From a phage, in sequence record NC_111505.1: DNA of 64,000 nucleotides. One strand, given 5' to 3'. Below the pieces are notes generated by a model, which ran no database searches, was not told the DNA's origin, and saw nothing but the letters and a program-made list of their open reading frames with translations. The translations under genes were made by a program, and so were the position numbers. This document shows, in pieces, positions 9,268 to 17,549 of the stretch. Numbering within the stretch: the first letter of the stretch is position 1; every line of letters starts with the position of its first letter.

Positions 9268-9543
9268 ATGGTGTCTTTCATTTCCCACAAAATGTCTAAG
9301 CTGGAGCGTTTGCACCCCTCTGCCAACTATGCACGTGTGAGTGTAAAAGTTGAAAATGATCACCAGGAAGTCATGGCTTTTATTTTTGACAATTCTGGGA
9401 AAGAAGTTATCGCCAAAGCTAAAGGTAGCGATGCTTACGAGGCAACTGACCGTATGGTGGATGTTGCAGCACGCCAGTTGGCTAAATGCGGTGGAAAGAA
9501 AGGTAAGGGAAAAGGTAAAGTAAAGATTGACTTTTGGGATTGA
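9268..9543 (+). CDS. hpf: Ribosome hibernation factor (HPF/RaiA, S30AE family)-like, N-terminally disrupted
   Basis: KLE..., V.VKVE, ...G.D.Y.A.D...D.AARQL.K match HPF/RaiA; the homologous frame starts at ATG 9226 after SD AAGGAG but has TAA at codon 4 (9235-9237); track ORF starts at internal Met 9268. Confidence 0.45.
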   Translation: MVSFISHKMSKLERLHPSANYARVSVKVENDHQEVMAFIFDNSGKEVIAKAKGSDAYEATDRMVDVAARQLAKCGGKKGKGKGKVKIDFWD

Positions 9544-9552
9544 GGTGCTACA

Positions 9553-9654
9553 ATGGGTATAATTAAGAAATTAGTCCCAAATGTAGAGATTGCATGCTTT
9601 GAAATTATGTTTGCAATCGCAGTTGTAGTTAATGTGTTAGGTTACGGCTATTAA
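9553..9654 (+). CDS. candidate 33-aa hydrophobic peptide
   Basis: ATG with GAGGTG SD; MGIIKKLVPNVEIACFEIMFAIAVVVNVLGYGY. Confidence 0.3.
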   Translation: MGIIKKLVPNVEIACFEIMFAIAVVVNVLGYGY

Positions 9655-9680
9655 TATCAAATAATTGAGGAGACCTCTAA

Positions 9681-9950
9681 ATGAAAATTAAATTATTCAA
9701 AACTGAGCTGGCAGACAAAAACTGCGGACTGGTTGAAGGCATGATCGTTGAAGCACAACCAGTGGACTACATGAAGGTGGTTCGTGATGCTCTGGGTGAA
9801 GGTTTTGATCTGATGGATCCAGCTCTGCGAGAAGATGTCATCGAGATGGCTAAAAAGCACACACCTGAAGGCTTGGTAGTGTTTGTTGCTCCAGGTAACG
9901 GAGAAGAGTTGATTGTAACTCCTGATGTGTATGAGATTGTAGAAGAGTAA
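9681..9950 (+). CDS. small acidic protein, MKIK...YEIVEE paralog family
   Basis: ATG with GAGGAGA SD; C-terminal ...VYEIVEE. Confidence 0.6.
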   Translation: MKIKLFKTELADKNCGLVEGMIVEAQPVDYMKVVRDALGEGFDLMDPALREDVIEMAKKHTPEGLVVFVAPGNGEELIVTPDVYEIVEE

Positions 9951-10045
9951 TCCTGCTTGGATTAGCATACTTCTCTCAATAAAAAGAAAAGTTTGTAATT
10001 ATTTGTGGGAAAGGAATCCCAATCTCTTACTAGAGGTGATACTAT

Positions 10046-10309
10046 ATGATTGTTTATTTTAAAACTTCAGGTGGATATCCTGATTCTCAAAGCTTGATCG
10101 GAAAAACGTGCACAGCATACTCACCTCTTGATGAGGAGGTAAGCGATATTCTACGAAATATGTATCGGATTGACCCCCAAGAAGCCTTTGATCAAAACCT
10201 TGTATTTGTCAAGGGCTCAGACATGAAGTCTTTGGGAGCATTCCCTGAAGCAGATGATGATGCCGTTTATTCGTTCATGACTCCTTTTGAAGCTATGGTT
10301 GTTGGGTGA
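10046..10309 (+). CDS. small acidic protein (87 aa), related to the paralog family
   Basis: ATG with AGAGGTGA SD. Confidence 0.55.
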   Translation: MIVYFKTSGGYPDSQSLIGKTCTAYSPLDEEVSDILRNMYRIDPQEAFDQNLVFVKGSDMKSLGAFPEADDDAVYSFMTPFEAMVVG

Positions 10310-10313
10310 GAAT

Positions 10314-10646
10314 ATGAAAGTACGCTTTATTGGTGAAACAATTCCTGTGCATCTCCGGTCGCCTGAGGATTCTGCAGATCTTGCATCTCAAAAGGCCAGA
10401 GGGTATGATAAGAAAGTAATCTCAACCGATGTAGAGCTTGAGGCTACCAGTCTGCCTGACCCTGCTGCATTCTTTAATCATTATGGATACTATTTCAGCA
10501 ATCTGATGAATATCGGTGAGCTTGTGTTTATTAGTGGTGGAGAAATAGTTAGCAAGCTTGGCGGCGATCCGGATGTCTTTCATGAAACCTGCCCTTTTGC
10601 ATTTGTGGTAGGTTCAGATGTGGAAGTTATTGAGGAGGTGCGGTAA
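10314..10646 (+). CDS. small acidic protein, ...VEVIEE paralog family
   Basis: Track start is TTG 10287; ATG 10314 with GGGTGAG SD; C-terminal ...DVEVIEEVR. Confidence 0.55.
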   Translation: MKVRFIGETIPVHLRSPEDSADLASQKARGYDKKVISTDVELEATSLPDPAAFFNHYGYYFSNLMNIGELVFISGGEIVSKLGGDPDVFHETCPFAFVVGSDVEVIEEVR

Positions 10647-11041
10647 TGGTAAGTCTATACCGTGTTGAGTATAGCTCAGATACTGTATACAACGTAAGAA
10701 GCAAAGATCGTAGCGGCAGAGTGCAAGAAATGTATGTTCTTGCCGACAGTCCGTTATCTGCAGCGTTTAAGGCAGGAGCTCTTGCATCTCGTTGGAAATT
10801 CGAGGGTGGATCTTTCTATGAAGAAACTCTTGAAGATTCTGTTGTTATTTCTTCTGTAGAGGTTTCAACTGACTACGAAGGGAAAAAGTTCGTAATGCGG
10901 CACCCACACAGCAACATTGCGTACTACTGGGATGTTCTGAACAACGAGTGGACTCCAGATCTTCAGAAGGCCACTGTTCTGACTCCGTTCTTGGCAGATA
11001 AGTTTCCACCAGAAGGTAATTTATCTGCACTGTTTCAGTAA
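10646..11041 (+). CDS. hypothetical protein, paralog of 8432-8830
   Basis: ATG with GAGGAGG SD; shared HP.S...YYW....WTP block. Confidence 0.6.
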   Translation: MVSLYRVEYSSDTVYNVRSKDRSGRVQEMYVLADSPLSAAFKAGALASRWKFEGGSFYEETLEDSVVISSVEVSTDYEGKKFVMRHPHSNIAYYWDVLNNEWTPDLQKATVLTPFLADKFPPEGNLSALFQ

Positions 11042-11059
11042 TTTTATGCCACACAGGTG

Positions 11060-11088
11060 TTGACAACACCAACCCTGTGTGCAATAAT
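11060..11088 (+). promoter_or_regulatory. Sigma70-like promoter (TTGACA-N17-AATAAT) embedded in an 8-bp inverted repeat
   Basis: CACACAGG..TTGACA..CCTGTGTG palindrome overlaps the -35, suggesting an operator. Confidence 0.55.
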
Positions 11089-11120
11089 ACCTTCATCTTA
11101 ACAAGACAGGAGACTGATTA

Positions 11121-11378
11121 ATGAAGATTAAATTGAAAAACCTTGAAACGGCAGAGATTCAGGACGGTGTTGATTTCCGCTCCAAAGATGGCGACATCTT
11201 AGAGGCGAATATCCCGACCTATAAGTTGATTAAAGGTTTTGGCAACGTTCCGGAAGAGGATATTACAGACATTCTTATGATGTTGATCCTTGACGGGACC
11301 GTGTTTGTAGGTGAAGGTGAGAACGCTATTGCAATCCCAAGCCATTTTTATGAAGTAGTTGACGAAGAGGTGCTGTAA
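11121..11378 (+). CDS. small acidic protein, MKIK...YEVVDEE paralog family
   Basis: ATG with AGGAGA SD. Confidence 0.6.
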   Translation: MKIKLKNLETAEIQDGVDFRSKDGDILEANIPTYKLIKGFGNVPEEDITDILMMLILDGTVFVGEGENAIAIPSHFYEVVDEEVL

Positions 11379-11729
11379 ATGAAAGTAGAGATCACAGGTT
11401 TTGATATGAATGTGGTTCCGGAAGATATTTTAGCTAAACTTCCGGAAGGTTTTGGTAACGGTGTTGTGGTGGATGCTGTACCTCCTACCAAAGACATTCT
11501 GCTGCAGTATGGTGTAGCAGAGGAAGATGTCGATAAAGTTCTTACAATGATGGCAATCGACCGTGTTGTCGTTGTTAAAGGTCTTGAAGGTTTTGATGAC
11601 GATCCTCTGATTATTCGTGGTGATGACTATCGCATCATCGACAACGAAGGCCAAGAGTTCTACGAACCTTCTGCTGAAGATGTTCTTAACTTACTACTGG
11701 AAGCAGGCACCGAAGAGGAGGAAGAATAA
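11379..11729 (+). CDS. small acidic protein, paralog family (poly-Glu tail)
   Basis: ATG with GAAGAGG SD; ends ...EAGTEEEEE. Confidence 0.6.
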   Translation: MKVEITGFDMNVVPEDILAKLPEGFGNGVVVDAVPPTKDILLQYGVAEEDVDKVLTMMAIDRVVVVKGLEGFDDDPLIIRGDDYRIIDNEGQEFYEPSAEDVLNLLLEAGTEEEEE

Positions 11730-12058
11730 TGAAAATTGATCCGTTACTGAAGTCTCGTGCAGAAAAAGCATACACTATCAAGCTGACCTCTCTGGTCCCT
11801 ACTTGTCATCCGGATGTAGGTTGGCCTGAAGGCCTGGTAGAGGGGACTGTAACAGCTGCATACCTTCCTAACATCAAATACCTCATGGAGATCTTGGAGA
11901 TGGATGAGGAAACGGCAGAACAGTTCCAGTTAGACATGAAGCAAAGTGGGACTCTGGTTATTCACGGGTGGTATAATACTAAAGATGCAGAAGACCCTTT
12001 GGTAACTTCTAATCTGGCATATGAAATCTTAGGACCTTTGAACCTGGAGGAAGACTAA
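11729..12058 (+). CDS. small acidic protein (109 aa)
   Basis: ATG with GAGGAGGAAG SD; overlapping stop/start. Confidence 0.6.
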   Translation: MKIDPLLKSRAEKAYTIKLTSLVPTCHPDVGWPEGLVEGTVTAAYLPNIKYLMEILEMDEETAEQFQLDMKQSGTLVIHGWYNTKDAEDPLVTSNLAYEILGPLNLEED

Positions 12059-12345
12059 TGAAAGATTTGGTTAAGATCAAGATTAAAGATACCAATGGAG
12101 AACTCAGTCATTTTGGAATTAACGATGGTGACGAGCTGATCGCCCACCTGCCTACCAAGGAAGTTGTAAGCAAGGCTGTTGCAGGAGAAGAAGATGCAAT
12201 GCAGGAGGCAGGTGTTGATGAAAACTATGTAGCCATGTGCATGTGCCGAGATCAGGTTGTTCTGTATAAAGCGTATCGACCAAATGGAGCACCTGAGTGG
12301 CTTGTTTTCCGACCCGAAGGGTATGAAATTTTAGAGACACTATGA
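12058..12345 (+). CDS. small acidic protein, paralog family (...YEILETL)
   Basis: ATG with GGAGGAAG SD. Confidence 0.6.
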   Translation: MKDLVKIKIKDTNGELSHFGINDGDELIAHLPTKEVVSKAVAGEEDAMQEAGVDENYVAMCMCRDQVVLYKAYRPNGAPEWLVFRPEGYEILETL

Positions 12346-12434
12346 TAAATCTTGCCAAGGTTGCAACGGCACTGTTAATTATTTGCTGGGTAGCAACCTT
12401 AACACTATGCCTTGTATTTCATTAAGGGGGCTGT

Positions 12435-12698
12435 ATGAACATCCTGATGTGGGTTGTGGCAGTGGCGTTTGTTGCGTGCCTCTCTTGTTGGGTTGCTGTG
12501 AGGATTTCTATAGCCACTCTTCGGAAATTGGGGTTCTCAGAGTGGGATATTAATATCCTTTCTTTTCGCAACGAGACGATCTCGGCTGCCTTACTGTGCA
12601 AGAAGTTCAAGTGGAAACCTTGGGAGGTCATGAGCTATCTAAGAACAGGAGATATTCCTGAGAGATTTAAAAAAGTTCTTGACGGCGAAGATAAATGA
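12435..12698 (+). CDS. membrane protein (N-terminal TM helix)
   Basis: ATG with AAGGGGG SD; MNILMWVVAVAFVACLSCWVAV... Confidence 0.55.
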   Translation: MNILMWVVAVAFVACLSCWVAVRISIATLRKLGFSEWDINILSFRNETISAALLCKKFKWKPWEVMSYLRTGDIPERFKKVLDGEDK

Positions 12699-12726
12699 TA
12701 GTATAGTTACTAACAAGAGGTGAGGA

Positions 12727-12867
12727 ATGACTGATTTTACTGAAGCTTTAATGATGGCCTTATCCGTTTTAGCGCTATCTGTGTGTTTTGGGGCGTTATT
12801 CACATCTCTGGTTAAAGTTTTACATACCATATTATCACCCAAGGAGCACAGTAATGACGAAGATTGA
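12727..12867 (+). CDS. candidate 46-aa membrane peptide
   Basis: ATG with strong SD AAGAGGTGAGGA; hydrophobic core; below track cutoff. Confidence 0.35.
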   Translation: MTDFTEALMMALSVLALSVCFGALFTSLVKVLHTILSPKEHSNDED

Positions 12868-13105
12868 CTTAAATGCTGGCGACCATGTTGTTGTCAAATG
12901 CATCGGAGATTATCTTGGATTCACAATCGGCAATACTTACGAGGCGGTAGTGGCGAAGGTTTACCATGATAAAGTCCTCAGTCTTGTATTTGACTGCGAT
13001 GATGATGGGGATGACCGATACGTCTGTGAGGTGCTGTCACGAGACGATAGTGAAGACCAGAAATTCCTGGTTATTGAACTGAACGGTATTTTTGTAGAAC
13101 GTTAA
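12854..13105 (+). CDS. hypothetical protein (83 aa)
   Basis: Track start is TTG 12788; ATG 12854 preceded by AAGGAG. Confidence 0.5.
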   Translation: MTKIDLNAGDHVVVKCIGDYLGFTIGNTYEAVVAKVYHDKVLSLVFDCDDDGDDRYVCEVLSRDDSEDQKFLVIELNGIFVER

Positions 13106-13133
13106 TTTAAAACAACATAAGGAGACTCTTACT

Positions 13134-13439
13134 ATGGCTAAATCTAAAGTTGAACTGTTCACCTCTCTTCCTTCTGACACTGCAGAACGTGATCGCCTTC
13201 GCAAAACAATTGAAGAGCTGGTAGAACTTCAGCTTCAGATCAAAGATCTGAAAGATGCTATCAAAGATATCATTCTTGTCGAGAAACAGGATCACCTGTA
13301 CTCTCCTAAGTTTATTAAATCTTTGGTGGCTACCGAATTCGATATCCGCTACGAAGCTGAAAAACGTCGAGCTAAAATCGAAGAAGAGGTTGAGCACATG
13401 TCTGAAGCAGACATTCTGTTCAAACGCTCTGTAGAATAA
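13134..13439 (+). CDS. hypothetical coiled-coil protein (101 aa)
   Basis: ATG with AAGGAGA SD. Confidence 0.6.
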   Translation: MAKSKVELFTSLPSDTAERDRLRKTIEELVELQLQIKDLKDAIKDIILVEKQDHLYSPKFIKSLVATEFDIRYEAEKRRAKIEEEVEHMSEADILFKRSVE

Positions 13440-13443
13440 CGAC

Positions 13444-13472
13444 AAAGAGGGGTTTTGGCCCCTCTTTTTACT
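13444..13472 (+). terminator. Rho-independent terminator
   Basis: AGAGGGG-TTTTGG-CCCCTCT hairpin followed by TTTTTA. Confidence 0.7.
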
Positions 13473-13492
13473 ATCTATGAAGGAGATCAGAG

Positions 13493-13819
13493 ATGCGAAT
13501 GCCGATTACTGTAAAAGAGCTAAATGAACGTGATGCAGGGGGCCTGTGGCCTGCGCGGAAAATACGCTGCGTTTATATGAGAGAGAATCTTGAGCACCTT
13601 GATCAACAGATTGCGGTGGGGGATATTTTCGAAGTTTTCTATTCTAATCGCCGCAACTGGGAAACCATTCAACCTTCAGGTTTTGTTCTTGCCAAACTTG
13701 ATACCGGAGAAGTGATTATCCCTGGGCTGGATATTGTCTTCGAAATTATCCAGGAGTGGGATCCTGATAAGATTAAATATGAAGAGTTATTCGGTGAAGG
13801 TATTATCAAGCCTGTGTGA
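13493..13819 (+). CDS. hypothetical protein (108 aa)
   Basis: ATG with AAGGAGA SD. Confidence 0.6.
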   Translation: MRMPITVKELNERDAGGLWPARKIRCVYMRENLEHLDQQIAVGDIFEVFYSNRRNWETIQPSGFVLAKLDTGEVIIPGLDIVFEIIQEWDPDKIKYEELFGEGIIKPV

Positions 13820-13827
13820 GGTGGATT

Positions 13828-14127
13828 ATGTCTACAGCGACAGCTAAATACTCCTATATGCCAGCAACATCAGCAGAAATAGACTTCAGTTTCGATGTGT
13901 TTCCATTGTTTGAGATAGTTCTGGCATACCCAACAATTCTATCTACTCCTGAATCACTTGTGCCTATTAAGTTGCAGAACGCTATGCATTCCATGCACTA
14001 CAACAATAAATGCAGGCACAGATGGTGTCAGGACGAGGAAAAAGACTTGGACAGTTTGAAAGATTTTGACAGTCACCTTTTGACCCCCTTCAGTTACTCC
14101 AACCTAGACAAGCCATCATGGGTATAG
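13828..14127 (+). CDS. hypothetical protein (99 aa)
   Basis: Track start is GTG 13816; ATG 13828 preceded by GAGGTGG. Confidence 0.55.
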   Translation: MSTATAKYSYMPATSAEIDFSFDVFPLFEIVLAYPTILSTPESLVPIKLQNAMHSMHYNNKCRHRWCQDEEKDLDSLKDFDSHLLTPFSYSNLDKPSWV

Positions 14128-14151
14128 CAAAATATCAAATTTAAGGCACCT

Positions 14152-14180
14152 AGGACGCTCTGTGGCGTCCTTTTCTTTAT
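14152..14180 (+). terminator. Rho-independent terminator
   Basis: AGGACGC-TCTGTG-GCGTCCT hairpin followed by TTTCTTT. Confidence 0.65.
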
Positions 14181-14339
14181 CTGGTGCACGATTGCATACC
14201 TTAGATGGATAATCTTATTACAGAGCGTTTAATGGCGGCCTGTAAACAACTTTCTATTTCGAGCGTAGCGAGAACGCACGTCCGTTTTGACCCAAATCAC
14301 CATACGCTCGGATTTTAACCAACCCTCGCGGCGTTTCTG

Positions 14340-14368
14340 TTGACACATTACCGCTCCTGTGATAGTAT
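14340..14368 (+). promoter_or_regulatory. Sigma70-like promoter TTGACA-N17-TAGTAT
   Basis: The track ORF 14340-14651 'start' is the TTG of this -35 box. Confidence 0.55.
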
Positions 14369-14388
14369 CCTCACATCGTTTGAAGAAT

Positions 14389-14490
14389 ATGGAATACGCA
14401 ATGAAAACATTGTCCGAGGTTTTGGTGGTGATCCTGATGATCATTACGTCCATAGCGGCTGTTGCCGGAATACTCACAGGTGGAACATGA
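14389..14490 (+). CDS. candidate 33-aa hydrophobic peptide
   Basis: MEYAMKTLSEVLVVILMIITSIAAVAGILTGGT downstream of the 14340 promoter; weak SD. Confidence 0.3.
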   Translation: MEYAMKTLSEVLVVILMIITSIAAVAGILTGGT

Positions 14491-14651
14491 CCAACACACA
14501 TGCACCTAAAGAGACATCTGAAGAAGCGACCGCAGAGAAAAACTTCAATTCTGAGGATTCTCTATCTCCGTCCCAGGTGGACCCTGAGGCTAATGACCTG
14601 ACGTGGGAGGACATCATAGCCATCTGGTTCTCTATCATGCCTGAGAACTAA
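14487..14651 (+). CDS. candidate small acidic protein (54 aa)
   Basis: ATG overlaps the previous stop (ATGA); in frame with track ORF 14340-14651; - strand ORF 14229-14501 is an alternative. Confidence 0.3.
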   Translation: MTNTHAPKETSEEATAEKNFNSEDSLSPSQVDPEANDLTWEDIIAIWFSIMPEN

Positions 14652-14795
14652 GAGTTCAGAGGTGGCAGACTATGAAGCACCGAGCCCACATAAGTTTATC
14701 ATGCTAAAGCATGGCCTGAAGAGGCAAACGTATATAAATTCCAGTGCATTGGAACGTATAACCCTGTTCACACTCTCATTTCCAGAGGAGATTTT

Positions 14796-15011
14796 ATGAA
14801 GATAGAAATATTTGGTGGAGCTGACAACACTCGTGGCCTGATTTACCTTGAATTCGATGAATCATACCTGCCAGAGGTGTTAAATATAGACTCTGTTGCT
14901 GAGGCTTTGGGAGTAAACCCTAAAGAACTCCACTCTTGTGCTGAGATCGATGGTTGGGAAGAGACCATGAACATTGATTTCAGTGAAGTAGAGGATGAAC
15001 CGCTGGACTGA
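14796..15011 (+). CDS. small acidic protein, MKIEIF paralog family
   Basis: ATG with AGAGGAGA SD. Confidence 0.55.
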   Translation: MKIEIFGGADNTRGLIYLEFDESYLPEVLNIDSVAEALGVNPKELHSCAEIDGWEETMNIDFSEVEDEPLD

Positions 15012-15359
15012 CACACAATTAGCTGCCAGGCTAAAGTGCTGGAAGCACCTATAACACATCTTTCAACTAAATTTCCTACCACCACAATCACTTACCTCCC
15101 ACACATGACTGTTTGCTTGTTTAGTGAGCAGTCATGCCTTGACATTCTTGCCTATCCTGATAAAATTAAGTTCTTCTCTTTTCTTTTACCGAGTAATTCG
15201 GGTTTTCTGTTCTCTTCGGTTTGAAGGGGTATGGAGATACACCTGAGTGAACAGGGTGAACAACCGAACAGTTGGCTATGGCATTAGCATGGCGAAGCGG
15301 ACGGGTGACGAAAGAGGGGCCGGAGGACACCAGTCACTGCCATATGGTATATGGGTGAT

Positions 15360-15925
15360 AACCTGAAGAGTCTGAATAAGTGTTTAAGTACCAGTCAGAG
15401 GAAAAGGTGAATGGTAGCCGAAGGGGGAGGGGGGTTTCTTGTATCTTTAATTTGTATATTTTATATACACTTGTAAACCAATTTCATCTGAATCTGTTTA
15501 CCACACAAAGTGGATAAAGTCAAATATTCCCTATTAAACTTGAATTATTTATAGAAAATACCACAACACCACTTAAGTCTTTGATTTTACACACAAATCT
15601 TACAAATATCTTACCTCCATATTTAACATACCTGTAACATATTCCATACTCTACCTGCCTGGTCAATTTACCCACCACATTCTCCACATTTTCCCTTCCT
15701 GTACTACCCCTGCCCCGCCGGGAGTCCCGTCATATCTGGCTTTCCAGCAAATATCACACCCACAAATATCATCACCTGAAGAGTGATTCATCCTATAATA
15801 CCTGCCTTACCTGAAGAGCGCTCCATACCCCACGTAAATTTTTTAATTGACCCCCTGCCCCGCCGGAGGGGTTGGCTTTTCCCACACAGGCCTGAAGAGT
15901 CAGCCAGAAATATCTGAAGGGGGTC
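15360..15925. repeat. Dispersed CCTGAAGAG motif (5 copies) plus two CCCTGCCCCGCCGG copies
   Basis: Copies near 15362, 15777, 15812, 15892, 15914; GC-rich direct repeats near 15708 and 15852; irregular spacing as for protein-binding sites. Confidence 0.5.
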
Positions 15926-16096
15926 CAGTTCTGCCACGATTTTGACCTGACCTACAGGAGCGCTGCCAGGCGGACGAAATGGGAATACTTCTCATTCTTA
16001 TAACAATTCTCAAATATCAAGGCAGTGAGGCAAATTAATAGGCGAGGCCGTTCACACAGTGGCGCAACATTTGCAAGCTATTTTGTGTGGATGAAT

Positions 16097-16130
16097 GAGA
16101 ATACTTATCATTGTGAGAATCGTTATCATT
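16097..16130. repeat. Tandem 16-mer GAGAATNNTTATCATT (2 copies, 2-nt spacer)
   Basis: 16097-16112 and 16115-16130; the same 16-mer recurs at 27733-27748 and 27869-27884. Confidence 0.55.
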
Positions 16131-16534
16131 ACGGGCAATTTAACATAATACCCATTATGCGCACCACTGGCGATACATACATGGATTGATAACATGGGTT
16201 ACTGTTTACGCATATAACAATTGTATTTCTTATTATTTGTGGGGGATATAGTTAGCGACCAATAGATTAGATATTAACCTGCAGACTTCTGACCGTCCAG
16301 ACGTCTAAACGCCCACACAACAAGGGTTATACATACACTCCTGAATGTAAACAGGGCAGCAAAAATGCTACCATACCAGATTGTAAATTTTCCATGCAGC
16401 ACTTGACAAAGAGGAGAAAAACTTGTCTGACACAATGTCACACAATATGCCATAATCTGACACCTTATACACTTTCGACACAATAACGACTGTTATTATT
16501 TCATGTTTCATTGTTCACGTGCAGATTGTTCCCA

Positions 16535-16890
16535 CATAGACTGTTTACGCCCGGATAGTTTACACCTTGACAGTTTACACAAAGATGATAAGCCATGACA
16601 TTCGTTTGCATGATAACACCCTTGAGACGAGGGCCATGCTCCCGAGTTTAACAATTAACAAGATAACAATTGACAGGCCGACAATTAACAAGTTAACAAT
16701 ATATGACATAATATAAAAGCAGGGCAACTATTAGCAGATCATAGTTGCCTTGCTTATTATGTCATGATTAACTGAATACAAGGCAACTATGATCTGATCA
16801 ATAGTTTGCAGGCAAACTATCACGGGGGTGATGGTTACTGCTTTTATATTATGTCGCGACTCCGTCGCGCCATGACATTCGTTTGCATAG
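16535..16890. repeat. Cluster of direct repeats and palindromes (operator/iteron-like)
   Basis: Three (C/T)(T/A)GTTTACRC repeats at 16541-16582; CATGACATTCGTTTGCAT twice (16594, 16871); ACAATTAACAAG twice; two palindromes GCAACTAT-N9/10-ATAGTT(T)GC with GATC cores (16724-16748, 16783-16809). Confidence 0.5.
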
Positions 16891-17499
16891 TTGCCTTATT
16901 GTTACAGGTAAAACAATTACATTGTTAACTATTTCTTATCTTTCTCTTAGTCATCTAATGATTCCAGTCAGTATAGTTATGTACAGTAAACATTAGACGA
17001 CTAAAGATTTCTCTGATTATAGTAACCTATCGTGACAATTTCAGACTGTTTACGAAAAATGTTGACACCTGGGCGGGTTTATGTTATGCAGTTTACACGA
17101 ATAATTATTTCATACAGGTATTGACTATTCCGTTATTCTGTGGTTGGAATAAATACTTTGCAGGCTATAGAATGGTGTGCGTACGTGAATTCTGAGATCT
17201 GGCGGCTATAGTTACACCCGATTTTTCGCGCAGAACACGCTTTTTGGTTTGTGTAAGTGTATGACTTATAAAGATTTTTAGTTGTTGACACGGTATTGAA
17301 GATGTGCATCAGGTTAAATTTTGTGCAATAACTGCATTACGTGCAATTTTGGGAGAGAAAACGGGTAAAAATAGCACCGCTACCACACAATGAAAGGTTA
17401 TGCAATAGCTATTTTACATGTATATTTGTACAGTGTGCGGGATTGATGGCTCGTCAATTATTCCACTTGTCAGGTAGGGCCGTTTATGGTATGGGGAAG

Positions 17500-17529
17500 A
17501 GCAGACAAAAAGAAAGGGGCCTAAGCCCC
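17500..17529 (-). terminator. Rho-independent terminator at the end of the - strand transcription unit
   Basis: GGGGC-TTAG-GCCCC hairpin followed on the - strand by TTTCTTTTTGTC. Confidence 0.6.
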
Positions 17530-17549
17530 TTGATAATTCAGTTAAAAAA

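Noticed and set aside
14340-14651. Track ORF 14340-14651 (103 aa) as a single gene
   Set aside because: Its 'M' is the TTG of the TTGACA -35 box of a consensus promoter; the region is better explained by the promoter plus shorter downstream ORFs (14389-14490, 14487-14651), and even those are low confidence
15036-15224. ORFs inside the 15-17.5 kb non-coding region (15036-15224 +, 16274-16483 -, 17341-17601 +, 17414-17617 -)
   Set aside because: No SD, low-complexity or Cys-rich improbable products, and they overlap repeat elements
15360-15925. CRISPR array
   Set aside because: Repeats are short (9-14 bp), irregularly spaced and of several unrelated families; no regular repeat-spacer periodicity anywhere in the window
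15012-17549. tRNA genes in the large non-coding region
   Set aside because: No T-loop-like GGTTCGAAT/GTTCAAAT box with a flanking acceptor-stem complement was seen; a dedicated tRNA scan would be needed to exclude them fully
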